A program made the translations under genes and the position numbers. Below the pieces are notes generated by a model. The model had not been told where the DNA came from and made no database searches. It was given only the letters and a program-made list of their open reading frames with translations. A stretch of DNA of 64,000 bases from a virus: IMG/VR virus record IMGVR_UViG_3300044613_001897; one strand, given 5' to 3'. Each line of letters begins with the position of its first letter. The stretch's first letter is position 1. Shown one piece after another: positions 44,214 to 55,200 of the stretch.

Positions 44214-45023
44214 ATGCCTAGAAAAGCATCCCCGAATAGTAGTAAATATTACTTTACAGATGTAACAGAACAAGCCATTATAGACTATAATACTAGTTCT
44301 GATGATAGTGAACGAAATAAAATATATGAACAGCATTTAAAATATGCGTTTAATAAATTAGCAGAAAATTTAATTCATAGATTTAAGTTTTATCATTTTG
44401 ATATACCATATGAAGATGTAAAGCATGAAACAGTTGCCCATTTAATAGAAAAAATCAATAAATTTACTGCAGGCAAAGGTAAAGCATTTAGTTATTTTTC
44501 GATAGTAGCAAAAAATTATTTAATTAATGAAAATAATGGAAACTATTATACTGCAAAAAACACAGATGATTTACTTGTTGTTGATGACACTAGGCAGATA
44601 GCAAACGAAATTTCTAGAGCAAATAAACTAGAAGACGATAAAGAATTTATGGATCTATTTATTGATTTTACTGAGGAGAATATGGCTCAATTTACAATGG
44701 ATGTTATGAATAAGAAAAATACTAAAGTCACTAAAGTACGACTATTTGAAACACAAACCGAATGTTTAATAGCAGATTCAATATTAGAACTATTTAAAAC
44801 TAGAGAAAATATTGAGGTATTCAATAAGAAAGCCTTATATATTTTAATTAAAGAGCGTTCTGGTGAAGATAAGACGCAAGATATAACGAAAATACTCAAA
44901 CGAGTAGAAATGTTATACAAGGATATATTTGTTAATTGGTCTAAAACAGGAAAGTTAGAAACAAAATATTTATCAAGTAATATATTTATAAATAAAAATG
45001 GACATTCACGGAGAACTATTTAA
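44214..45023 (+). CDS. Late sigma-factor-like protein (gp55-like)
   Basis: Sigma region 2-like segment EKINKF..GKGKAFSYFSIVAKNYL; lies just upstream of the structural operon. Confidence 0.6.
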   Translation: MPRKASPNSSKYYFTDVTEQAIIDYNTSSDDSERNKIYEQHLKYAFNKLAENLIHRFKFYHFDIPYEDVKHETVAHLIEKINKFTAGKGKAFSYFSIVAKNYLINENNGNYYTAKNTDDLLVVDDTRQIANEISRANKLEDDKEFMDLFIDFTEENMAQFTMDVMNKKNTKVTKVRLFETQTECLIADSILELFKTRENIEVFNKKALYILIKERSGEDKTQDITKILKRVEMLYKDIFVNWSKTGKLETKYLSSNIFINKNGHSRRTI

Positions 45024-45418
45024 AGGTAAATCTTTTAGCGACATATTAAAAGATATTTATGATAACTCTAAAAAGAAAGATAGGCAAGTTAATCTACTCA
45101 TTGCTGAACTTAAGCCATTGATTAAAAATATAGGTGATGCAACAATAATAGTGCCATTAATTAAAGAGTACTTAGAAATAGGAGTTAAAAATGATGAGCA
45201 TCTAGTAAAATTGGCTGCTGTTGCACAACGACTAATGACTGCTGCAGCAAAATCAAATCCTGAAATGGGCGACTATGGATTAACCGATGAAGAAAAACGA
45301 CAGTTACTAAACGAAATTTCTAGTATTGAAAATAGTGAATCGGTAGTTGCAAATACCATACAGAATATACAACACGAACAAAAGAGTATAAATTTATATC
45401 AACAAGATTTAGAAGAAG

Positions 45419-46576
45419 ATGTCTCTATTTAATGTAAAAGGAGAATCGCTCCAATTGATACCAGCTAAAGTTAACCAGACTTACTACAAAGATGATAAGC
45501 CTGAAAATACTTTTTATGTGTCAGCATTAATATTGGATGGGTATAGCTCGCAACGAGAAGTTTTTGCAAGACCGTTATTTTCAAATATGAAACAACCACC
45601 TCTAGAAGGTGAAACAGTCTTATTATTAGGTACTATAGGTAGTTATGCAAGTGGTATAAGTTCCAATGAAGAATTATATTATTTAGGTATAATAAATCTA
45701 CAGGGTAGTGTACATCACAATTCTATACCGAATATAAATGAAGTTGAAACTAGAAATGAAGGAGGAGGAAATGCTCAATCATATCAAACTACCGGAGCAG
45801 GTAGTACTAAAAAACAACAACAAGCAAAAATAGATAGTAAATTTCCTGAATCAAGAAATGTAAAAGCTATACAACCTTACGTTGGTGATGTATTAATTGA
45901 GGGTAGATTCGGTAATAGTATTAGATTAACTAGCACATTAAAATCTACTAATGTATATACTAAAAATGCTAATTGGCAGAAAGGCGATGGTACAGAGGGT
46001 GATCCTATGTTAATATTACGAGCATCTAAACCTACACAAAATACTAATAAAGTAAATGATTTTATTACTGAAGATTTTACTAAAGATGATTCTATAATTA
46101 CATTACAAAGCACCCAAGCATTAAACTTTACACCAGGATCAAGTGTTACTGATTCGATTAAGAATCAAAGTTTAGATTCATGGGATAAAGGTCAAAAGTT
46201 TGGAGGTAAGCAAATATTAATATCGTCAGGCAGAGTAGTGTTTAATTCAACACAAAATGAAATAATAGCATTTGCTAAAAAAGGAATAGGATTGTCATCA
46301 GCCGATGCTATATCATTAGATGCACAAAAAAATATTGAAATGAGTGCTACTAAAATTTTATTAGGCAAAAATGCTGATGAGCCATTAATTATGGGTAATA
46401 AAATGAAAGATTGGATGGAACAACTAATAGATGCTATAGGTAAATTAACTGCAATAACAGCAGTTGGCCCATCATCACCATTAGATCAATCACCATTATG
46501 GCCAAAAATTGTTGCACTAAAAAATCAATTTCAAAATAACTTAAGTCAAATATCATTCACAAAACAATCAAAGTAA
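45419..46576 (+). CDS. Baseplate hub/spike (gp5-like) protein
   Basis: PLEGETV OB-fold motif, GDVLIEGRFGNSIRL, beta-repeat C-terminus; gene context. Confidence 0.7.
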   Translation: MSLFNVKGESLQLIPAKVNQTYYKDDKPENTFYVSALILDGYSSQREVFARPLFSNMKQPPLEGETVLLLGTIGSYASGISSNEELYYLGIINLQGSVHHNSIPNINEVETRNEGGGNAQSYQTTGAGSTKKQQQAKIDSKFPESRNVKAIQPYVGDVLIEGRFGNSIRLTSTLKSTNVYTKNANWQKGDGTEGDPMLILRASKPTQNTNKVNDFITEDFTKDDSIITLQSTQALNFTPGSSVTDSIKNQSLDSWDKGQKFGGKQILISSGRVVFNSTQNEIIAFAKKGIGLSSADAISLDAQKNIEMSATKILLGKNADEPLIMGNKMKDWMEQLIDAIGKLTAITAVGPSSPLDQSPLWPKIVALKNQFQNNLSQISFTKQSK

Positions 46577-47030
46577 ATAATTATTAAAAACGATAGTATG
46601 AAATCAAAAGAATTTATATCTGCACTACGACTAATCATTCGAGAGGAAGTTACAAAAGCTGTAAGATCTGAGGTAAGTAGGGTATTATCCGAAGGAACAC
46701 AACAACCAGTAGTTAGACAGCAACCAGTACAAACTAAACCAGTTGTATCAAAAACACAAAAATTTAAAAACGAAATACTGCAAAGTCTATTAGAAACGAC
46801 AGACCCAATACAAAGAGGTGGCGCTCCTGTTGGATTTGAGGAGTGGCCAACTATGGAATATAATGGTGCATCATTTATGGGACATAATACTCCAGGTATA
46901 ATAAATGCAGCTCCTGATGGTATGAATATTGATCAAATTGAACAGGTAGCTCCTGATGTTGCTCAAGCATTAACTAAAGATTATAGTTCATTAATGAAGG
47001 CGATTGATAAAAAACGAGGAATAAAATAAG

Positions 47031-47498
47031 ATGGCCAGAAGAATAAGGCAGATATTATCTATAAATACAAATGATGCTATACGACCAATGAATACTGCGG
47101 TCGGTATTAAATTACCATTTTCTGGTAAAACAGGTAACTTATTTGACTTATCGTATACAACAGAAGAACAAGCTATTTCAAATTTGAAAAATCTTTTACT
47201 TACTAGAAAAGGTGAAAGATATATGCAGCCATCTTTCGGTACTGACATATACGATTCATTATTTGAACAAAATACTGAAGATCTACCTAATATATTACGA
47301 GATGGCATTTCCGCAGATATAGCTTTTTGGTTGCCGTATATAATTATAAATGAATTAACGGTGTCTCAAAATTCTAAATACGAATCTGAACCTATCGGAC
47401 ATATATTACAAATAAGTCTAACAGTTCAAGTTACTGAAAATGGAGCTAGTACACCGATAACAATAACAGTAACACCATCAACAATAACTGTGGAATAA
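47031..47498 (+). CDS. Baseplate wedge gp25-like protein
   Basis: LKNLLLTRKGERYMQPSFG. Confidence 0.9.
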   Translation: MARRIRQILSINTNDAIRPMNTAVGIKLPFSGKTGNLFDLSYTTEEQAISNLKNLLLTRKGERYMQPSFGTDIYDSLFEQNTEDLPNILRDGISADIAFWLPYIIINELTVSQNSKYESEPIGHILQISLTVQVTENGASTPITITVTPSTITVE

Positions 47499-49381
47499 TG
47501 GCTAATACAACAGATGTAAAATATTTAGGAAAAGACTTTACTCAATTAAGAACAAACTTAATTGAATTTACAAAGAACTATTTCCCAAACACATATACCG
47601 ATTTTAATGAATCATCACCAGGTATGTTATTTTTGGAAATGTCATCTTATGTAGGTGATGTTCTAAGTTTTTATACTGATAAGCAAATAAAAGAGTCTTT
47701 ATTAGTAACCGCTGAAGAAAAGACGAATCTATACTCATTAGCACAATCTTTAGGTTATAAAGTAAAAAATAAGATAGCAAGTTCGGTAGATATAGATGTA
47801 TTTCAATTATTACCATCGGTAGTAAGCGGAAGTACTGTAGTTCCTGATTGGAGTTACGCACTAACAATATCATCAGGAATGGTGGTTAAATCTAAATCAT
47901 CTACTGCAGAATTTAGAACATTAGAGACTGTTAATTTTAAAACTTTAGAGAACGATCCTAATGCAAATGTAAGTGCATATCAAATTAATGATGTAACTAA
48001 TCAAATTGAATATTATCTATTAAAGAAATCAGTTAAAGCCGTTGCAGGCAATATTCAAACAGCAACATACACATTTACAGATCCTAAACGTTTCGATAGA
48101 ATACTATTGAATACAGAAAATATTATTGAGCTAGTAGACATTATTGATTCTGATAATAATAATTGGTATGAAGTTCCAAATTTAGCACAGGATACAATAT
48201 TTGAAACTATAGCAAATGTAGTACAGAATGACCCGGTATTATCACAATATAATACACCAGTTCCATATTTGCTGAAATTAAGAAAAACAGCCAGACGATT
48301 TATTACAAGATTTAGAACTGATGGGACTTTAGAGATACAATTCGGAGCGGGCATATCTGCTGATTTGGATGAAGAAATAATACCTAATCCAGATAATGTA
48401 GGTTCCGGACTACCAAGTTTACAGTTAATGTATGACTTTCCTATAGATCCATCAAACTTTATGTATACTAAAAGTTATGGATTAGCACCAGCTAATACAG
48501 TATTAACAGTTAGGTATACTACAGGTGGTGGGATAGAATCCAACGTACCAGCTTTTGATTTAGATCAGATCATAGAATTAAATTTTGATATAAACGATTC
48601 TGGACTAAATGCAAATTTAGTAAATCAACTTAAGGCGTCGGTTGCTTGTACTAATCCAAATCCTGCATCAGGAGGTAAAGATGGTGAATCAGAAGATGAT
48701 GTTAGAAATAATACATTAGCATTTTTTGCCGCACAAAGTAGAGCAGTTACCGATCAAGATTATATAATTAGAGCATATTCTATGCCTCCGAAATTTGGAG
48801 CTATATCAAAAGCTTATGTTATACAAGATGTACAGGTTAATCAACAGACAAATCAAGCAGTAGCCAATCCATTAGCATTAAATTTATATACTTTAGGATA
48901 CAATTCAGATGGTACATTAACAGTACTTAATAACGCAGTTAAAGAAAACTTAAAGAATTATTTAACGCCATATAGAATGTTAACAGATGCAATCAATATT
49001 ACAGATGCATTCATTATTAATTTCGGTATAGAATTTGATATAATAACATTACCAGAATTTAATTCTAACGAAGTATTGATAAAATGTATTGATACATTAA
49101 AACAATATTTTGATATTAAAAAATGGCAAATAAATCAACCTATTATTATATCAAAAATATATACTTTATTAGATAGAGTGGATGGTGTACAAACTGTACC
49201 TAGAGTATCAATAAATAATATAGCAAATAAAGAGTTAGGATATTCAGAAAATATTTATCCTATGTCTACACAAGATGGGGGTAGTACTAGAAATGGTGTG
49301 ATCTATCCATCAATGGACCCTAGTATCTTCGAAATAAAATATCCAAATAACGACATAAAAGGTCGTGTAATAAGCCTATAA
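47498..49381 (+). CDS. Baseplate wedge gp6 / baseplate J-like protein
   Basis: DF..LR..L, YVGDVLSFY, FGAG, GGKDGES, QSRAVTDQDY. Confidence 0.88.
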   Translation: MANTTDVKYLGKDFTQLRTNLIEFTKNYFPNTYTDFNESSPGMLFLEMSSYVGDVLSFYTDKQIKESLLVTAEEKTNLYSLAQSLGYKVKNKIASSVDIDVFQLLPSVVSGSTVVPDWSYALTISSGMVVKSKSSTAEFRTLETVNFKTLENDPNANVSAYQINDVTNQIEYYLLKKSVKAVAGNIQTATYTFTDPKRFDRILLNTENIIELVDIIDSDNNNWYEVPNLAQDTIFETIANVVQNDPVLSQYNTPVPYLLKLRKTARRFITRFRTDGTLEIQFGAGISADLDEEIIPNPDNVGSGLPSLQLMYDFPIDPSNFMYTKSYGLAPANTVLTVRYTTGGGIESNVPAFDLDQIIELNFDINDSGLNANLVNQLKASVACTNPNPASGGKDGESEDDVRNNTLAFFAAQSRAVTDQDYIIRAYSMPPKFGAISKAYVIQDVQVNQQTNQAVANPLALNLYTLGYNSDGTLTVLNNAVKENLKNYLTPYRMLTDAINITDAFIINFGIEFDIITLPEFNSNEVLIKCIDTLKQYFDIKKWQINQPIIISKIYTLLDRVDGVQTVPRVSINNIANKELGYSENIYPMSTQDGGSTRNGVIYPSMDPSIFEIKYPNNDIKGRVISL

Positions 49382-49385
49382 TATT

Positions 49386-50480
49386 ATGATAATAGCATTG
49401 ACCCCATATAAAGACGCTACAATATACGAAGATTATCCGAATAAGAACACCGGATTAGATGAGATATTAGAACTACAAAAGGTTGCATATAGCACAGGTA
49501 GCTATGCAGAATCTAGAGCGTTAATATACTTTAACCAATCAGAAATTTTAGAGACTTTAGATTATGTATCTAATCACACAGCAAGTAATGCAACTTGGTC
49601 AGCATCACTAAAACTAAATACAGTACAAACATCACAGGTACCGTTAGAATATTCAATTGTTGTTGGAGCAATATCAGATTCTTGGACCAACGGAACAGGA
49701 AAATTTGCTGATGCAGAATTATCAGGGGGGGCTACCTGGACATATAGAGCAGGTGAAGCAGGTGCAGTATGGGCAACAGGTAGTTTTCCAATAGGCACTA
49801 CAGGTTCATATTATTCCAATCCTGGTGGAGGAACTTGGTATACAGCATCACAAGCAACACAATCATTTACATTTAAGGAAGATAATGATGTGAATGTAAA
49901 TGTGTCATCAATAGTAGAAGATTGGGAAGCATCGAATTATCTTAATAATGGATTTATAGTACGATTAGGAAATATACTATCACCAGAAGTATTACCAGGT
50001 ACAAATCTGCAATTCTATAGTTCAGATACACATACTGTATATAGTCCTCAATTATTTATACAATGGGACAATGTAACTCAATTTAATTCTGGATCATTAC
50101 CTGCTATATCTATTAACGATCAACCTATTATATATTTAGATGGATTTAAGGGAGAATATACAACCGATTCAATAGTTAGAGTATTCGTTAAGTCAAGACC
50201 GATGTATCCAAAAAGAACATTTAGTCAGAACCCTTCATATGGTACTGTATATGCGTTACCTACTCAATCATATTATAGAATACTTGATGGTCATACTAAT
50301 GAAGTTATTGTTGACTATAGCGAGTATACAAAATTAGCATGTAACACAGCAGGAAACTACTTCGATTTTTCTACATCAGTATTATATCCTGAACGATTCT
50401 ATAAGTTTCAATTTAAGTCGATAATATCGAGTAGTACAGTATATTTTATAGACGATTATTTATTTAAAATAGTTAACTAA
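49386..50480 (+). CDS. Virion structural protein (DNRLRE-like)
   Basis: KDATIY...NTGLDEILE...RALIYF...NNGFIV...YSPQL. Confidence 0.6.
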   Translation: MIIALTPYKDATIYEDYPNKNTGLDEILELQKVAYSTGSYAESRALIYFNQSEILETLDYVSNHTASNATWSASLKLNTVQTSQVPLEYSIVVGAISDSWTNGTGKFADAELSGGATWTYRAGEAGAVWATGSFPIGTTGSYYSNPGGGTWYTASQATQSFTFKEDNDVNVNVSSIVEDWEASNYLNNGFIVRLGNILSPEVLPGTNLQFYSSDTHTVYSPQLFIQWDNVTQFNSGSLPAISINDQPIIYLDGFKGEYTTDSIVRVFVKSRPMYPKRTFSQNPSYGTVYALPTQSYYRILDGHTNEVIVDYSEYTKLACNTAGNYFDFSTSVLYPERFYKFQFKSIISSSTVYFIDDYLFKIVN

Positions 50481-51610
50481 TGAGTTTCAAAAATTATAGA
50501 AAGTTAGGGTTTGCAGTTACCGAAAGTGACACTGCAGTACCTAGAAATGATTTAGGGTATCTAATATTAGATAAAAATAATAATCCACAGTCTATATCAA
50601 TTCCTATAGTTACACAGCTATTTGAATTTGGTAAGTATAGAGAGGTAGTTGATATTGAATTTCTAGAATTATTTCCACCTATATTTACCCCACCTGTAGA
50701 TGTTGCTGCATTACTAGCACAGATTACTGCATTAAACGCTGCACTAAGTGCTAGTTTATTAGTTCAAGTAGAACCTACACCTGTAGAATTTGATTTGTGG
50801 AGAACTAGAAAAACATTTAAACGAATTGTCGACAAACCTGTAAACCCATATGGTGCAGGTACCGACGCGTGGACATCTGACCAACAATGGGCAGATTTTA
50901 ATTCGGTTATACAATTAATTTTCGGACCATCACTTACGCCTGAATTACAAACATTAATATCTGAATATAGAACTGAAGTAGCGTTAATAACTGCTACCAT
51001 AGGCGACGCACCGCAGCCTGGCGGATTGTTTGGTGGTGGTGTAAATTTTGGTGTACAAGTATCATTAACATCTGTAGATGATGCAATACAACCACAACAA
51101 TCACCGCAACCACTTACATATACTGACATTAGTGCTATAGGGCAGTTTATTAATGATGAGAATATTGGAGATGTAGATACATTCTCACCATTATTGAATC
51201 AATCGACAATGGCTCTCCTACAAAATACAAACAGATCTTTAATATCAGATGTGAAGGATAGTCAAATAAATGCGTTAGTGTGGGGGGATATACCATGGCC
51301 ATATTATACATATATCAATCCAATTTCAAATCGACCATTTGTCACATCAATGAGCGAATTTAGACATCATTGTAAAAAGATAGTATATTGGCTAACTATA
51401 CCACAAATGATGAATATCAATAATGATGCTACAATTAATGCTATCATAGGGAATACTTCTTGGCGTGTACTGAATAATACAGCAACACAGGCTGAACTAG
51501 AAGCGTTATATGAAACTATAGGTAGATTAGAAAATACACCGTTAAAAGATAGTCAAGGTACTACAATAGCACCAGTAGGAGCAACCGGATATTTCGTTAA
51601 TATAAGATAA
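50480..51610 (+). CDS. Putative structural protein
   Basis: Position in the baseplate operon; translationally coupled. Confidence 0.5.
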   Translation: MSFKNYRKLGFAVTESDTAVPRNDLGYLILDKNNNPQSISIPIVTQLFEFGKYREVVDIEFLELFPPIFTPPVDVAALLAQITALNAALSASLLVQVEPTPVEFDLWRTRKTFKRIVDKPVNPYGAGTDAWTSDQQWADFNSVIQLIFGPSLTPELQTLISEYRTEVALITATIGDAPQPGGLFGGGVNFGVQVSLTSVDDAIQPQQSPQPLTYTDISAIGQFINDENIGDVDTFSPLLNQSTMALLQNTNRSLISDVKDSQINALVWGDIPWPYYTYINPISNRPFVTSMSEFRHHCKKIVYWLTIPQMMNINNDATINAIIGNTSWRVLNNTATQAELEALYETIGRLENTPLKDSQGTTIAPVGATGYFVNIR

Positions 51611-51614
51611 ATCT

Positions 51615-52268
51615 ATGTCACAACTTAAATTTTTTGCTTTAGATTCAACAGGACAGCCAAAACTAACGCAGTCAGGATCAAAGGCCGCAACAATAATACG
51701 ACAATTAAATCAAGCTATTATAGATAATAGGGATTATTCATTTGGATGGTTTAAAGGGCTAAATGTCGAAACAACCGATGCTAACGCATACGAATTTGCG
51801 GATGAATTACGAGAATATGCAAAATTTAATGCAAAAAAATCTATATGGGATAACACATTAGCTACAGGCAATTATTTTAAATGGGACTATTATGCTCAAG
51901 AATCAAGAGCTACTGCATCACTTAACATAGTAGATACCGAGTTTATTAATGACAGAGCATTCCAAATAAAATCATCAGAACAAAATGGTGATTCTAATTT
52001 TATTGAATATTATGGTAGATATCGACCGGAACTTTTTGAGATATATGATGTGTATTATACCGTAGTTCCTACTGCAGGAATAATAATATTACCACCACCA
52101 TATGATACTTTAAATAGAGAGCATGTATTAGCATGGTTCAAAGGAGTAAATTTAGCACCAACAACAGCTGCTCTAGATAGATATAGAGAAAGAATAAAAA
52201 ACTATTTAACAGATCCAAGGGTTCAGCCCGATATTAAAATTGATGTTGGGATATTTATATCTAAATAA
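51615..52268 (+). CDS. Hypothetical protein in structural operon
   Basis: Gene context only. Confidence 0.45.
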   Translation: MSQLKFFALDSTGQPKLTQSGSKAATIIRQLNQAIIDNRDYSFGWFKGLNVETTDANAYEFADELREYAKFNAKKSIWDNTLATGNYFKWDYYAQESRATASLNIVDTEFINDRAFQIKSSEQNGDSNFIEYYGRYRPELFEIYDVYYTVVPTAGIIILPPPYDTLNREHVLAWFKGVNLAPTTAALDRYRERIKNYLTDPRVQPDIKIDVGIFISK

Positions 52269-52273
52269 CGGTA

Positions 52274-55200
52274 ATGTCATTTTCCTTCATAAACAGCGAT
52301 AGTTTAATACAAGTACAGAATTTACCAGATACTGGTAAGTACTATGATGATAGAATAATAGATCTAATACCATCATCATATTATGATATACTTACATTAC
52401 CGACCTCATCAATAAATTTAGAATTACATGCATACGATTTAGTCGGTAATTATTTAACTGGAACTAGTTACGCCAATACTAACTATTGGGGGTATAGTAG
52501 TAGTATAGCAGCACCTGTTATAAGGTTGAATGTAGATGTAAACAGTATATTGGAAGAATTAGGCCTGCTTCGAGGGCAATATCTATTAGGTACAAATTTG
52601 TATAAACCTGAAGTAGGAAATTATAATACATCATCGTTTTACATAAAAGAAATATCAACAACTAGAAGAGAATTACGATTATATCCTGTTAATGACGATA
52701 GTACACAATTTCAAACAGAGTATACTAACTTTATAGATAGTTGGAATAGTAACTTTCTGTATTGTATAGATGATTCAGTTAGAAGATATGAACATTATCA
52801 ACAAAACTTTTATTTCGACAATAACGCAGTATCGTTTGCATCATATACATCATCATTAGCTACGCCATTGGCAGTCTATACAAATACAACATCCAGTGCG
52901 TTCGATCAATATATATTAGGCATAAATAACGATACTAATTGGTACACAAATGGCGCGGCAAATAGCAACACTATAACCATCGGCGGGACGATTGCTACTG
53001 GGTTAACTGTTGCACCATCACAACAGTATTTAGATGCATTTGCATCAAAAGCAGCAATAACCGCATTATGGTTTAAGTCAGCTGATATTGAAATAACACC
53101 TGATACTATACAAGCATTTGAATTCGAAATTAAAGAATATATAAATACATTTGCATCTACAGTAACTGTACAACAGATAAAAAGTATATATGATAGTATA
53201 CTAACAAAAGAATTTTGGAGAAAGGATTCGAATGGTACACCGATATATGTAGGACAAACATACTTTAACACGATACGAACGGCACTACCATCTTTTCCTG
53301 GGTTACCTCCGTTACCGCCACCACCATCAACATTCGCTAAGGCAAGATATTCATTACAACCGTTTAATGTATATAATGATAAATTAGTATTAAATTTTGG
53401 TAACAATAATTTAGCTAAAATAATCAATATAGCTAAAGAAGACCCATATGCTATTATTGTAAAATTGTCGCAACCATTAGATTTACAATTTCAAGAATAT
53501 GATAGATTATGGATAGCTACCGAACTTATAGAACCATTAATAGATAAAATCTTATTAATCAATCTAATAGTTCAACAGCTAGGTAACAATCTACGTGGTC
53601 CTAATTTTGATATCGATATAGAAGAGGCGCAAAGTATAGCAACATCATTACAATCTTGGAATGATTTATTATCGGCAAATGTTGCAACAAATCAACAGAT
53701 AATAAATAAGTATTTTAGTTCTAGTTTAGATGGGATAGTATTAAATATAGATTATACAGACTTTAAAAACTTTATACATTTTAGTTCTGCTGAAGAACGA
53801 GTATCTAATTTTAAGTATAAACTAGAATTAATAGAATATTATACTAATAGAATTAATGTACTAAATAGTTCTACAGGCTCACTTCTAGATATAAATGTAT
53901 TAGAGTCTGAAAGTAATAGAAATAAAATTATTTCAGGATTCGATGATTTTGAAAAATATTTATTCTATCAAACAAATGACACATATCAATTATATACATT
54001 CGAGACAGGCTCAATACTACCATGGCCTAAACAAAATGTAGCCAACTCATATATATCATACGAAAATCAAGTATCGACAACTAGTTCAATAGCTGAAACA
54101 TATTTTAGTGATTTATTACAACAGGCACAGACATATGACTCATATAATTTACATAGCTTAAGAAAGACTATTCCTGTACATTTACAAGATGACCAATTTA
54201 ATGCTGATTATATCTTATTTGTAGATATGATTGGTCATTACTATGATATTATTTGGTCATACATTAATGATATGACTAAAATCAATACTAGATTAGAAAA
54301 TCCTAGAGATGGTGTATCTAATGATTTAATATATGGAATAGCTAAATCATTAGGATTAGATGTATATAATGGTAGAAACATACAAGAACTTTGGAAATAT
54401 TCATTAGGTGTTGACACAAGCGGTAGTTATATACAAACAGGTAGTATTCAATCATTATCATATGAGCAAGGCACAAAAGAAGTATGGAGAAGAGTAATTA
54501 ATAACTTACCATATCTTTATAAGACAAAGGGAACTGCAAGAAGTATTAAAGCATTATTATCTTGTTATGGAATTCCTACTAGTATATTGAATATACGAGA
54601 ATATGGTGGTGTCGCTTCTGATGAAAACGATTTATTTCCTTATTGGGTGCATGATATATTTACATATGCACATAAAGCTACAGGTGATGATTCAAATTAT
54701 GTCATAACACCATGGCAAGCATTCACAAAAGTTACAAAAGACCTCCCGGCCGGATATCAAACTAGTAGTTTAGTAATATCTACAACATCAACCGGAACAA
54801 GTACAGGACCGACAACTACTACAATACCTACAGTAGGTATACAAACAGGAACATCATCGACTAGAAATACACCAAGATCAAGCACGATAGTTAATAGAAG
54901 TACTGATACACAATCGACACAATACCCGGATGCTATAGAGTTTAGATTTAGAACTGACGACAATTTTACATATGCATATAATCAAGAATATTCATTATTA
55001 AGATTGAATTCAGTTAATTATCAGTTCACAGGAGAAACTTGGTCACAGATACAAACACAATGGAATCAAACAAATATAATATGGTCATATGCAAGTACAT
55101 CATTAGCAGTAGCTAATCCATTCTTTGAAGTTACATTAAAACGTATAACAGATAAACAAGGAACATTGACATTATATATGTCAGGTAGTAATGGGTATCT